Of a stretch of 45,776 bases of DNA, positions 12,252 through 24,150 are shown piece by piece; positions within the stretch are counted from its first letter, which is position 1, and the number at the start of each line of letters is the position of its first letter. The notes below the pieces were generated by a model. The model was not told where the DNA came from. It was given only the letters and a program-made list of their open reading frames with translations, and made no database searches. This stretch comes from Octopus bimaculoides (Eukaryota): the NCBI RefSeq assembly GCF_001194135.2, contig NC_068987.1, positions 26,572,030 through 26,617,805 on the forward strand. Reading direction: 5' to 3'. A program made the translations under genes and the position numbers.

Positions 12252-12443
12252 AATATTGGTTTTAAATTTTGGTACAAGGTCAGCAACTTCGGGAAAGCCG
12301 ATTACATCAACCCCATTACTCAACTGGTACTTATTTTATAGACCTCGAAAGGATGAAAGGAAAAAATCAGAATGTGAAGATGTACAATATGACGCTAAGC
12401 ATTCCGCCCGATATGCTAACGATTCCGCCAGCTCACCGCCTTC
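12252..12443 (-). mobile_element. SINE family A, with core-region deletion
   Basis: CAACTGGTACTTATTTTATAGACCTCGAAAGGATGAAAGG core and GCTAAGCATTCCGCCCGATATGCTAACGATTCCGCCAGCTCACCGCC head. Confidence 0.85.
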
Positions 12444-12968
12444 AGAGGGGTGTGTAATGTTTAATCTTCTTTATGTTTTACAATACTGATTTGTATGTTC
12501 TCGACGCAGAAGGCATCCAAGAGAAAACTCTGCAAGTTTATTGTTTCAAATTATCTAACCATTGATCAAAATTCAGGCCAATATCTGTATTCGGTCTAAG
12601 GTCTGTTAGATTGTGTTTAAATATGCTTCTTCGAGAGGGTTTAATACAACCTAAACCTACCTAAATTTTCCCCTGCAACTAAAATTTAGCGCAGATATAG
12701 CTAGCCATCTCCATTTAATTGTTAATCAGTTTATATTCCAGAGTTATCTTCCCTGTTGTTCTTGAGAAAATATCATTGACGGTGTTGAATTTTATTGACA
12801 TTATGACTGGTATTACAGCCCGTGAGTTACGAATATGCCGTGGCAGATAAAGCACTGGATGCCATTTTTTAAAAGAATGCTGTTACGTGATTCAGCTGGT
12901 AATCACTAGATTATTTTAGTGGGGGTATAATCATTAATGGCAACTGATAACCTTGTCTTATACGTATT

Positions 12969-12969
<1 letters not shown>

Positions 12970-13023
<54 letters not shown>

Positions 13024-13078
13024 GGAGATGATGATGATGATGATGATGATGAGGAGGAGGAGGAGGATGATGATGATG
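12970..13078. repeat. Compound trinucleotide repeat (CTA)n-(GAT)n-(GAG)n-(GAT)n
   Basis: Read directly. Confidence 0.97.
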
Positions 13079-13602
13079 CCTCGATCTGAACGTGTATGCG
13101 TCTCTGTGATCAGCGTATCTGCTAGAAACACGAGCCAAGTCTCTCTTTAGCATAGCCAACTGCATTGAAAAAGGCGTTGGGTAAAGTTGTGATAGATATA
13201 CTCTCAAGTAGATGGGACGATCATGGCTGGAAGGTCTAGTCTGATCATGGTTTTGTTCAATCAGGTTTAATCATCTTCATTATCAACAACAACAACAACA
13301 ATAGCAGCAGCAACAAAGCATATACAGTTGAGAAAGTACAATATGTCCAGATTCCAACACTAACTACACCGAATTAACCGATTAACCGCTACATGTCTGA
13401 AAGGAAAGGATGATCCTAAACTGGACAGAGGCTGCTACAGCTGCTACCAACACGACTGCTAATAACAGCCATTATTATTGCCACTAACAGAAACGTAGCT
13501 TATTACAACTGAAAAGAAGACATGCTAACTTAACATCGACATCATCACAAGCTTCAATCAAAACCATTGCATTCCTCCTCCTCCTCCTCCTCNNNNNNNN
13601 NN

Positions 13603-14410
13603 CACGAGGCTGACAGTGTGTCTTCTCAATAATTCGATGATTTCGTTTTCTACTGCTGCTGAGGTGTAGGTCACATTTTTTGGAATCGTGCTATAACATT
13701 CCATTAGCTTTGAGTCTTTCTCTAATTTGTAGCGGAATAATTTCATAAAAAGACAACAAGGCTGCGTATCATCTTCCGAATAAAGATCCTGAAAAGCTTC
13801 ATTTTTGTTTCCTCGAAAAGGCAATTCGTTTGCAAAAAGAAAATGAACAATATCAACAATGGAACTGACGTAATAACGGTTTTTGCTCAACTGATCATTT
13901 TGCAAGATTGAAGACATGGACGTTATTGTGGATAAACGCTGCTAGCGTTCCTTCCGTGTTACCATAGCTTGGATATGGGATGCCGGATGCAGAGTGTGCG
14001 TACTTATTTAACCTTTGTTTTTTTCTTTTGCATGATGCCAATTAGAATATCCATTTTTAATAAAACAAGTATCAGCTTGAGCAGAAGTATTAAAGTGCTG
14101 ACAAGCAAAACAAAGCAAGGCTTTCTTTGAAAGAAAATACTCTAAACATAAACGACCAGTATACCAGCTTGACGAGAAGTCACGTCTCTGATTTCCATAA
14201 ATTTTTGGATCAAACTTTGCTAGATCTGGCTGCTCTGGTTTGGCAGTCGATCTGTCCCAGATCATCCAATGAGGGTGTCAAAGACTTTGCTAAACCTCCC
14301 TTGAGTTGCGAAACTTTGTTTGCAATTCTCTTCTGTTTAGCATTATTAGGTGAATCAGAGTGGAAATTCAGCAATGATTGCTTCAGTTCTCTTTTTCGGT
14401 AGTGATTCAT
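13603..14410 (-). pseudogene. hAT transposase pseudogene (TTF-type zinc finger plus DUF4371; ZMYM1-like/Tip100-Ac type), N-terminal third
   Basis: ORFs 14008..14265 and 13558..13917 share a frame, joined by 30 codons with stops (NKG*ISTHTLHPASHIQAMVTRKER*QRLSTITS). Motifs: FSSSWY..LEY..KALLCFAC..GYSNWHHA and NRYYVSSIVDIVHFLFANELPFRG..YTSAAVENEIIELL. A probable N-terminal piece is ORF 14210..14410 via frameshift. Ends at a gap plus (TCC)n. Confidence 0.88.
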
Positions 14411-15140
14411 TATTTTTGGGCAGTGATATTCTCAATAATGAATTCTAAGGTAGAATATCGTAGTAAGAGTAACAATTTCTTAAAATGCATGTATTTTAAA
14501 ATTAAACTCATAAGAGATTTCAGTCCAACCAATTTGTTTTTTTTAATTTCTTCAAAGTTATGCTTTTTTAGTTAAACACAAAATAATTTCCGTGTAAACT
14601 TTGTTCAAAGAGTAAGAAAAATTATTCAGTGAAAGTTCTCACCTGAAAAATACTTTCCGAATGTATATTTTGGGAAATCAAAAAAAATTTCTTTCCTTTT
14701 TCGCGAATAATAATCCTCTCTGACTAGTAGAAATAAAATGACTTTCTAATGTCCGTCTCTGTTCATATAGATACGTGTGTAGTGATGCGTTTACTACCAT
14801 AAATCTCTAACTACAACAATAATTCTTCACATACTTTTCAACAGCAACAAGGACAATCACCAGCACCGCCGTCACCATCACGAGCAACACAGCAACAACA
14901 AAAACAACAACAACTGACCCAGCATCACCCACTCCTTAATTCAACCCACAGTTGATGACCAGGTCAGCAGCCAATTCTCCGACAACAATTACAACTACAA
15001 CAAACACTTTGACCAATCACCAACTACATTAAAAGAAATTCAATTTATTGCATCTTTAGCGACTTCAGATATTGCTTATGAGAAAAAGGAAAGGTGGCGA
15101 CAATGTACTATTTCAAAAGTGGATAAAACAAATTCTCATA

Positions 15141-15330
15141 CTGGGCTGGACTGAGATTGTAACTGGGGGTGCGTGCTAAGCACCCCATCGCTCCCACCCC
15201 AACCGTGGACTCAGTGGCATTAAAAGAAAAATGCGCTAGGAAAAATGTAGGATTAATTGCACTTATAAAAAAAGATCCCAGCTTTCCAGAGTTTCTCCCC
15301 GTACACTGCATTATTCATCGTGAACACGTG
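15141..15330 (+). mobile_element. hAT (Charlie/SPIN-like) transposase fragment with a TIR-like start
   Basis: 15244-15327 encodes NVGLIALIKKDPSFPEFLPVHCIIHREH (hAT CxxH motif). CTGGGCTGGACTG at 15141 resembles CAGGGCCGG-type hAT termini; that part is weaker. Confidence 0.6.
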
Positions 15331-16699
15331 GTGTTCAGGTAGAATTAAAGCAATATTTACCTGGAGAGTGTACTTTGGAAAGTACATATTAGAAGGTATA
15401 TATAATTCACGATGCTCTTTTAAAATGTTCAGAAATGAAATCATGTAATCAAAGCTTGGATTAAAGCTTGCTGGTGTCCACCTGCATGAAATTTGAAACT
15501 TTCTGTAACTAAACTAAATAATTTAAATCTGCGTATTTATAAAATGTTTTTTTCTACTTGTATTATTTATTCTCGTCATTCAACTGTCCCATTAAATTAA
15601 AATTCTACTTGTCTTTTCTTCAATAATATGAAGCGTACTCTACGTACATGCTTCACACATTCCAACTTGGAGTGTATTGTGCTTATTTCACTGATTGTAA
15701 AACACAGATTCCCACAATTATTTTCTTGAAATTGGCCTTTTATATTAAAACATTAGGGTTCACTATATTACACGAAGTCCTTGCAATATAGAATGTTCAT
15801 ATCTAAAGAGTGATGGTTTTAGGGTATTAAATTGGAAAGAAAATTTCTAAAGTCTCAATAATTCAGAACGTTATTAACGAGAAAATTTCAGTTTTTAAAA
15901 TAAAAAGAAACTAAGACAAAAATATATTAAATTTACATATTGATTCTTATTTTAGTTTAAAAAGAATTAACTGTGTTTTGTAAGATTCTGCTGAAGCAAT
16001 GTATGTAAACTACAATTTGTTACTAAGAGCACTTTGGTGTAATTAAAAAGGAAATAAAGAAACTATATACGAAATTAAAAGAAAATGTGTATAAACGAAT
16101 ACAGTAGAATATAAGTTGCAATAGAAATAATTATAAGGTAGCATTAGCGTAGATTAAAATAAAATAGATACAGAAAAATCTTACACGTTTGAATATCATG
16201 TAAAAAAATACTTTACATTTGCCAACGTTTAATAATAACCGACGAATATAACAATACATGTCTAAAAATAACATAATTTAAAGGAATGTACAATATCAAT
16301 GACATGTAAGCGTGAGCGTTTTACGCATACACATTTTACTGAGAGCAATATAGTATATCTTGAAACAAAAGTGTTATCTGATCAAAGTCTTATGTAACTT
16401 AAAGAAATTTTTTTTAAAAAATTGTATGTGTGTAAAATGTATGTGCGTGAAGTACATATTGTTACTGAGAGCAATTTTATATACTTGGAGGCAATGAAAT
16501 TATCTAATCAAATTGTGAGCATGACATTAAATTAAAAGGAACTGTGTGAAAATAAATACATTGGAATATAAACCAGAATATTGTTACATTAATGTGGTTA
16601 ACAGTAAAGTGGTAACCTAATTCTCTTTTTATTCTTTGAACCTTTTGTAAATTTTAATATATTTTAATCCATTTTACTGTCATATTAATTTAATGAACG

Positions 16700-16805
16700 A
16701 ACACACAGATACACACAGACACACATACACAGACATACACATACATATATACACAAACAAACACACGGACGTACATACGTACATATAAACATACATATAC
16801 ATATG
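16700..16805. repeat. Degenerate (CA)/(TACA) microsatellite
   Basis: Read directly. Confidence 0.85.
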
Positions 16806-17485
16806 CACACATTCATTTGCATTGTCTATATGGCCTGGTCCAATGTCTTGCCCTCTTACTTAGCTTTCAAGACTAATTTACCTTCCTTGTTGCATCTAAT
16901 GTGGCGTCAAAGGAGTGTACCCTTTCTTCAAGTGGTACTAGCTTTCCGCCTCACTTCTTATTTTTGTACGTGTTGCGCATGCGTATGTTTGTGAATATTT
17001 GTGTAAACTTCGCGTGCATATGTATGCTAGAGCGAGTGTTATTCTCGTTCTGTATTCTCTCCTCTTTTGCTAAATTTTTTAGTCCTTCATTTCAGTAAGC
17101 TTCTCCATATCGACGATAGTATCTGTTTATCTTACGTTTATTTCGCCGTGGCATACCAGAGAATATTTCCTACTCTATCTATTATAATCCTAGGTCAGCA
17201 ATGATCATAGGTCATTATCATTATTATAATAAAGTATTTTCAATGGATCAGTTTTGAGCTCTCATTTAAATCGATATAAATACAAGAACTCACTTGTGAG
17301 TATTTTGCTACGTTTGTTAACAGATACAGTATTTTTGCCTAATTTGGTATAAAANNNNNNNNNNNNNNNNNNNNNNNNNNNNNNNNNNNNNNNNNNNNNN
17401 NNNNNNNNNNNNNNNNNNNNNNNNNNNNNNNNNNNNNNNNNNNNNNNNNNNNNNNNNNNNNNNNNNNNNNNNNNNNNNNNNNNNN

Positions 17486-17497
17486 TATGTGTGTGTG

Positions 17498-17539
<42 letters not shown>

Positions 17540-17551
17540 TGTGCGTGTGTA

Positions 17552-17584
<33 letters not shown>

Positions 17585-17590
17585 ATATGT
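17486..17590. repeat. (GT)n microsatellite
   Basis: Read directly; adjoins a gap. Confidence 0.95.
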
Positions 17591-18133
17591 CCAGGTGATG
17601 TCTGATTTAGATAAGGACCATTTAGTGTAGGTATATTAAGGATTCTAGTATAACATTGAAGCAGCCATCGAAGCTTAAGACGGATTCATAGAATAATATT
17701 ATAAAAAAGATTTTTGAGAACATATGCAAAAGTTTTCTTTATCAATATACATTTGGTTTTCGCTAGATTAGAGTTGTTTTATTAAATTACAAAATATGTG
17801 CTCAAATACCTCTCGCACCCTGCATAAACAAAATAAGCTTATATATTACTTTAGTGCTGTGTGTATTAAAGTAATCTGCCATCAAATAATAAATTTGCAG
17901 TATATGTTCAAGTAATCGAATAAGAAAGAATTACTTTTCTGTTAATGTTACTAGGTTAACATAGTAATTCATCATCAGAAGAAAAGTTCAGTAGAGACAA
18001 ATGCAACTGAAACAATAAATTTGAAAGCGTTCTCTCTCGAAATGCCAAGAGAGTGTAACAGATTATTTGAACACATTAGATCTGAGCCTATATTCCTGTA
18101 CCTTATCCCCTATGCCCTTTTGAAAACCGACCA

Positions 18134-18135
<2 letters not shown>

Positions 18136-18164
<29 letters not shown>

Positions 18165-18198
18165 NNNNNNNNNNTATATATATATATATATATATATA
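18136..18198. repeat. (TA)n microsatellite spanning a 10-N gap
   Basis: Read directly. Confidence 0.95.
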
Positions 18199-20174
18199 CC
18201 ATGATTGATTTATCTTCATCCTAGTATCAGTTAATAAAAAAGTAGTATGTTTCAAAAAACCATTCTACGTTCACCCGGAGCAATCTGTTTTTTTTTTCTT
18301 TACAGGAGTAAACCTCAGAGTAAATTCTATTTTCTATTTTTATTTTAACAATCTATCCTCTTATCAGTCTTATCTTTTCAATAAATCTAGAGACTGTTGA
18401 AACATGAAATATGTTAATATATTTCGAAATATGATTTATATAGAAATTTACGTTGTATTTCATTGCGATAAAACAAAACTTAGAGCTTACGTTACTCAGT
18501 TTCAAGAATAAAATCCTCTATGTACATTCCAATTTCACTTTTCTGATTAGAAGTTTCGGTCTCGGAAGATTTTGAACGGTTTTACATAAATATACGTTGT
18601 TCAACGATATTGATAATAGAGATATTTTGCAAGTGGGATGTATTTTTTTCAACATTATTGTATTAAGAAAGTCATCAATGTTCTTCTCCTCTCGTGGTAA
18701 ACAATCTCCGGAGGCTTATATTAAACAATTGGTATGGTGGTATCAAACTTTTGTACGAATGTGATTAAAAGTTAGTCGCAATTTTTCATTCTATTAATAA
18801 AACATTTGACATTTCTGATAGAATACAATAGAATTAAAAACAAAGAGAGACAAATGGAGTTAGTAATGTCATGTAACTCAAGATAGATTGCAATAACATG
18901 AAAAATTTATCATTAAAACCGTTTATATCAAGAGAAGATAATTAGAACTTTTAAGGGAAATCTGAGATTGACACAGGCCTCAGCGGATATTCTAAACAAT
19001 ATTACTTTATTTAATAATTTCATAGAAGGAATTGAAGCATTGTAAATATTCTCTCCAAAAGTATTTAGATACACTGATATAATTAAAGATAGATACATTT
19101 ATCTGTTCTTGAATTTAGGCTATGGCTTGTGGTATTTTTTCATTCATGATGTAAGAGTATTCTACAAAATGCTTGGGGGAAATATATTCTATAAAAATGT
19201 TTTTTTTCGTCTCTACTTAATATTGATACTTCATGTCAAAGCCAATGATTTCTGTAATAATATCTTTTCATCTTATGAAACAATAACTGTCTATTCGGCT
19301 CAGCGCTGGGCCTTTGGTTTTCTAATATTTAATAGATAGATCCAAAATCCGATTGGTTAGGATTATAACATGACATGTTGACATATGAGCAAGAATTATG
19401 CAATCAATAATGATTCTATTTATGCTTTCATGAAGCGAGGAATAGTTGACAGAAGGAAGCTATTTCGTTTTCTTCTGAGATTAAATTTGCACAGAATAAA
19501 TAAATTAGGTAGCAAAAATGGAAATATAAAAAAACACATGAAATCGGAATCTTAACCAGAGAGTTTTAGCCTTTTTTAATGTTTCGTAATGTCAAGATTT
19601 CTCTTCCGTGCTTACTGTACTTAAGGAGAATACAGGTGATCCAGTCAATAGAGTTTAGTAAAACTAATTGAGAGGTCAGCATTTCGTACCTTATGACCAG
19701 GTTATTTTTGTGTATATAACTAAATCCTAAATATTCAATCCATCTATCTATAAATTTATAAATACGAACACCTTACTGCTCTAAGTAGTGTCATCGAAGT
19801 TAACTTGAACAGTTCTTTGCTATTTAGAAATGATCACTTCATGTCACTTCTATAAATCAATTTTAACGGGCAGCGTATTATGCCACATATCCTGTTTTAG
19901 ATAGTGCAAAAAGAGCTTTTAGTTCATTACCAAAGGGAAATAATTATAAGAATCACCAACAAAATTAGACCTTTGTGAAGGGTAAATAAAATGTAATGAA
20001 GGATTAGTTCTAGATTAGTAAGTTTCACAAATATCAGAGTTATATAGTTACAAATCAAGATTCTGATAAAGTATCAAACACGTATATCATCTAAATTGGT
20101 ATCTGGAGCTAAGAAATTTGATGCGTATATAAATGAATCTGCTACTTATAAATGCAGTCGACTCTATGTGAGTG

Positions 20175-21880
20175 TATGCATACATGATGATTGCTTCATC
20201 TTGACTGATGATAGCCATCCCATCAACACGTAGACCTCATCCCATCACACAGAACAATCCCTCCGTTGATGAGCCCTCAGATGACATTTAATACCAGCTG
20301 TTGACTGATAGGGATTAAAACACAACTGACAGCTACGATTCAAGTGTCTTGTTTGGAATCTAATTATGAAGGAATATTTTGTGAACTAACATTTGTCTTT
20401 TTAAGTCCAGATATTGCCTTACCAGTTTCGTGACATAAGACACAAGCCGTAAGAGGCGATTGGTGTTCAAGATTACTACCTACCTGGGCATTTCGATTTT
20501 CATGTGACTTCATATAATTCACGTATCTTGCTTTTGCCAACAGAACGCGATCACACATAATACATATCCAATGTTCACTGTTGATTTCAGTTCCAATTGT
20601 TCCTTTGTGACAGGCTCCTTTAACATCTTTTACTCCCAACCGTTGCTACCAGTCCTAACAGCACCTCTCCCATCGTTCCGACCCAGAACATAAATTTCCC
20701 AATTACTTTTGTTAATATCTAGTTTCTTCAGGTTTTCTTCCACACAGCCTTTATAACTTTCTCTCGGCTTATGTTGTGGTCGCTTAACAGAGTTACGCTC
20801 ACCATAAGAAAAAAAAATGCTTTGGCAATCGCTCATCTTTCATTCTAATAACATGTCCAGCCTGTCTCATTTGAGCCAAGATAACATGCTGTTCAATTGA
20901 CCTACAGTGTGCCATCCGCAACATTTCTGTATCTGTTATGAAATATTCCCACGTGACTCACGAGATATATGTGAGTCACATTTGACGAAATCTCTCCATC
21001 ATTTTAATATCTCACTGGAGTAAAGAAGTGCAGACAATACACATGTTTTATAGACACAAATTTTTGACTGCATGAAAATAACTCTATCCGTGCATACTCG
21101 CTTTTCGAGCTTTCCAAATGCTACACTTCCCTTTCCGATTCTATTGGATATTTCTGCATTAATACCGTCATCTCTTGATGGTGTGGTCCCAAGGTAAACA
21201 AAGGGCTCAATGACTTGTTCCATTCACAAAAATATTTGTTTCAGAATATATTTGTCCTGGTGCAGGAGTAAACATTATTTTGGTCTTCCCAAGACTAAAT
21301 ATGAGTCCAAAATGCACACATGCAGTGGAAAATCTGGCCATTATATGTTGCATATTCCACTCTGAGTGCTCCAACAAATCAACATCATCAGCGTAAAATA
21401 ATTTTTTAACAAGTGTTTTGAAATTTTTGCTTTGCAGTTAAATCAGGTCAGATTAAATACGACCAGATGTCCGAAATCTGATTCCGATTCCCCTGTTGCA
21501 AAGCATACAAAAGCAATGCTGTAAGATAAATAAAGAAAAGTGTAAGGACAGGAATATCTTACTGTTTGACACTGTTGTCCATCGGAAATTCATGAAATAG
21601 GTCACCGTTAAAGACTAACTGAGCTTTCATGTTTCTGTGTAGTTCCTTAAAATTTCTCACAAAATGTGTATACACACACACGCGCATGCGAACGCACGCA
21701 CAAACACACACACACACATAAACACACACACACACACACACTCACACATAATTTTCTCTTTCATTAAGGTAAGATCAACAAAAAAAGTACTCCATCCATT
21801 GAGAAGTAAATATGATTCTATGTACGCAGTAGAATGATACGAGCTACTAATAGTCTCTTGCAGAAATGTATCTAGACATG
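20175..21880 (-). mobile_element. 5'-truncated RTE/BovB-like LINE (RT domain to 3' UTR), interrupted by (CA)n at ~21666-21750
   Basis: FVDLT (21782-21768), NSVKQ*DIPVLTLF, LFYADD (YADD 21395-21384), FVYLG, LLYSSE, MERFRQM..QAGHVIRMKDERLPK and a C-terminal CxxC..H segment (CIMCDRVL..MKSH). Many stops and frameshifts. Confidence 0.92.
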
Positions 21881-22511
21881 TTTACATTATAGACCTTATA
21901 GCACAGGTCCAGATCCTGGGGATTGCTTGGAGGCACAAGGCATGTTATAAAAACATGCCTAGACCATGATTCCAACGCAAAAAAATTGTAGTAGCTCGTA
22001 ACATACTGTGTACATTCAGTAATATATATATATGTANNNNNNNNNNNNNNNNNNNNNNNNNNNNNNNNNNNNNNNNNNNNNNNNNNNNNNNNNNNNNNNN
22101 NNNNNNNNNNNNNNNNNNNNNNNNNNNNNNNNNNNNNNNNNNNNNNNNNNNNNNNNNNNNNNNNNNNNNNAATTAGTTAAGGGAACGAACATTGCATAAT
22201 CGACTTCAATAGCTTACTGTTCTTTGTATTAGACAGCGCACAGACGGTTGAATCATTGTGCATCATCTTATAGCTTCCTCTGTGCCTTTGAAGGGAAGAG
22301 TTTTTTGTTTTGTTTCGTAAAGCATTTAAATGCATGAAAAAGCTACCTTCCGTACGATAACTGTACATAAATAATGCTCTATAGTTCAAAGTAGAGAAGC
22401 CACTCCCAGAAATCTACACATTTAAATAATCATATGCATTGATATAGGTGCATAATGAACATATGTAGAACTATTTGTGCGCATGTAGGAATAGATAAAA
22501 GTGTGAGTTAA

Positions 22512-23336
22512 TACGTGCTATGATCAATAATTATCCGCAATAAGTTTTAACATTCTAACTCACTTCCGCTGTTTACCGCAGTGATTGGAAGGAACGTGTG
22601 TAGCGTGTGATCGTCGCCTTAACCATGATAGAGAAAATTGAGCAGATAATTTGCATCAAATTTTGCCAAAAGCTTGGCAATACTTGCTGAGAAATTGCAT
22701 GGAGAGAAGTGTATAAGCCGCACAAAAGTGCACGAGTGGTTCAAATGTTTCCAAGATGGCAAAAAAAACAACAAAAAGAATGTCAATAATGACGGTCTTT
22801 CTGGGAGACCAGCAAGACACTGTTGACAGTTTTCTTAGACAAGAAGAGGATTTTTCATTATGAGTATGCATCATCTGGTTAGACAGTAAACAAGGAGACT
22901 ACATTGACGTTTTGCAACGTCTGCGAGATGCTACTCGTGGGAAAATTGCATGTGTCTGATGAATGGCTATTGCACCATGACAACGACCCAGTCAATTCAG
23001 TGCAGCTTGTGCAGCAGTTTTTGGCTAGGCACAGCATTCTCCTGGTCCGACAGCCACCGTATTCCCCAGATCTCACCACTTTCAACATTTTCCTCTTTCC
23101 AAAAATCAAATCCCAATTTAAAGGAAGATTTCAGGACGTCAAAGTGAATGGAACGAGGCAGCTGTTCATTATCTCAGAAAACGAGTTCCATGAATGCCTC
23201 CATTAATAGAAACAGCGCTGGATGAAATGTATGGCTTTTGAAGAGGATTCCTTTGAAGGAAATTAAATGCCAAATTGGCACGTGTTGTACTTTATTTTTA
23301 TAGCACCAGTGCTGATACCTATTGATTAGATACACA
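22512..23336 (+). mobile_element. Internally deleted mariner element with both degenerate TIRs
   Basis: ATG at 22625 gives MIEKIEQIICIKFCQKLG..HEWFKCFQDG..GRP. The catalytic part has LHHDN..YSPDLTTFN (third Asp mutated to Asn at the D34 position) and stops at 23264-23266. TIRs are ~22512-22536 and ~23313-23336. About 825 bp; the central linker and first Asp region are missing. Confidence 0.9.
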
Positions 23337-23445
23337 TTTAAACAGGTAAGAAATAATAACCGGACACGTGCACGACCATCAAAATCCAGGACCTTGACAC
23401 AATACGGAGACAGATAAGACAGGAAAGTATTTAAATTCTCGAGTA

Positions 23446-23446
<1 letters not shown>

Positions 23447-23485
<39 letters not shown>

Positions 23486-23507
23486 GTGTGTGTGCGTGCG
23501 TATATAT
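23447..23507. repeat. (GT)n microsatellite
   Basis: Read directly. Confidence 0.95.
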
Positions 23508-24034
23508 NNNNNNNNNNNNNNNNNNNNNNNNNNNNNNNNNNNNNNNNNNNNNNNNNNNNNNNNNNNNNNNNNNNNNNNNNCAACATGGGACAAAAACGCA
23601 AAACATCCACATAGACGATACAAAGAAAACACGGACAGGTCATTCGGAGTTTTCTCTCTTCAGTCGAGATCCAGATTATCCTTGCAATTTCGGCTGGTTA
23701 TTCTCAATATTGCTCCAATCTGGCCAGCCTCAAGGAAAAACTAAGCTAAGAGCATTAGATTCCTCGGAAGAAAACAGCGAATGTATACAAAAACAAGGAC
23801 GGAAAAAAACGAACAATGTTACACAAATACAATAAAAATAATAAAACAGGACATAACGACAGATGTATTTCGACTAAGGAGGAACTGAACTAAATTAAGC
23901 TAGTGTTATGGAAATAGGGCCTTATGGCAAGAATACAATATTTCACAGGCACAGGGAGGAATAACGATGTTACACGTACAACGGCCGGCCAAGAAAGTAA
24001 GATCACACTTGGCTGAACACCGGTCACGTGGGAA

Positions 24035-24150
24035 AGTGTCTGTGTGAGTGTCTGTGTGCGTGGTTGCGTCTGTGCGCATGTACGGTGTATGTGTGTGTGT
24101 GTGCAGTGTATGTGCAGTGTGTGTGCGTGTGTCTATGTGCGTATGTGCGT
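24035..24150. repeat. Degenerate (GT)n tract
   Basis: Read directly. Confidence 0.85.

Noticed and set aside
14820-15020. Thr/Ser-rich mucin-like reading frame (similar sequence at 13280-13560)
   Set aside because: Decayed CAA/CAC/CAG trinucleotide repeats with stops and no splice support.
17956-18224. Open frame VNIVIHHQKK..EPIFLYLIPY after a TAG acceptor-like site
   Set aside because: No recognisable domain, no good donor, and it ends in (TA)n.
20953-20979. Inverted pair of AP-1-like sites GTGACTCAC..GTGAGTCAC
   Set aside because: Lies within collinear decayed RTE coding sequence (M*LTYIS*VTW); no independent evidence of regulatory function.
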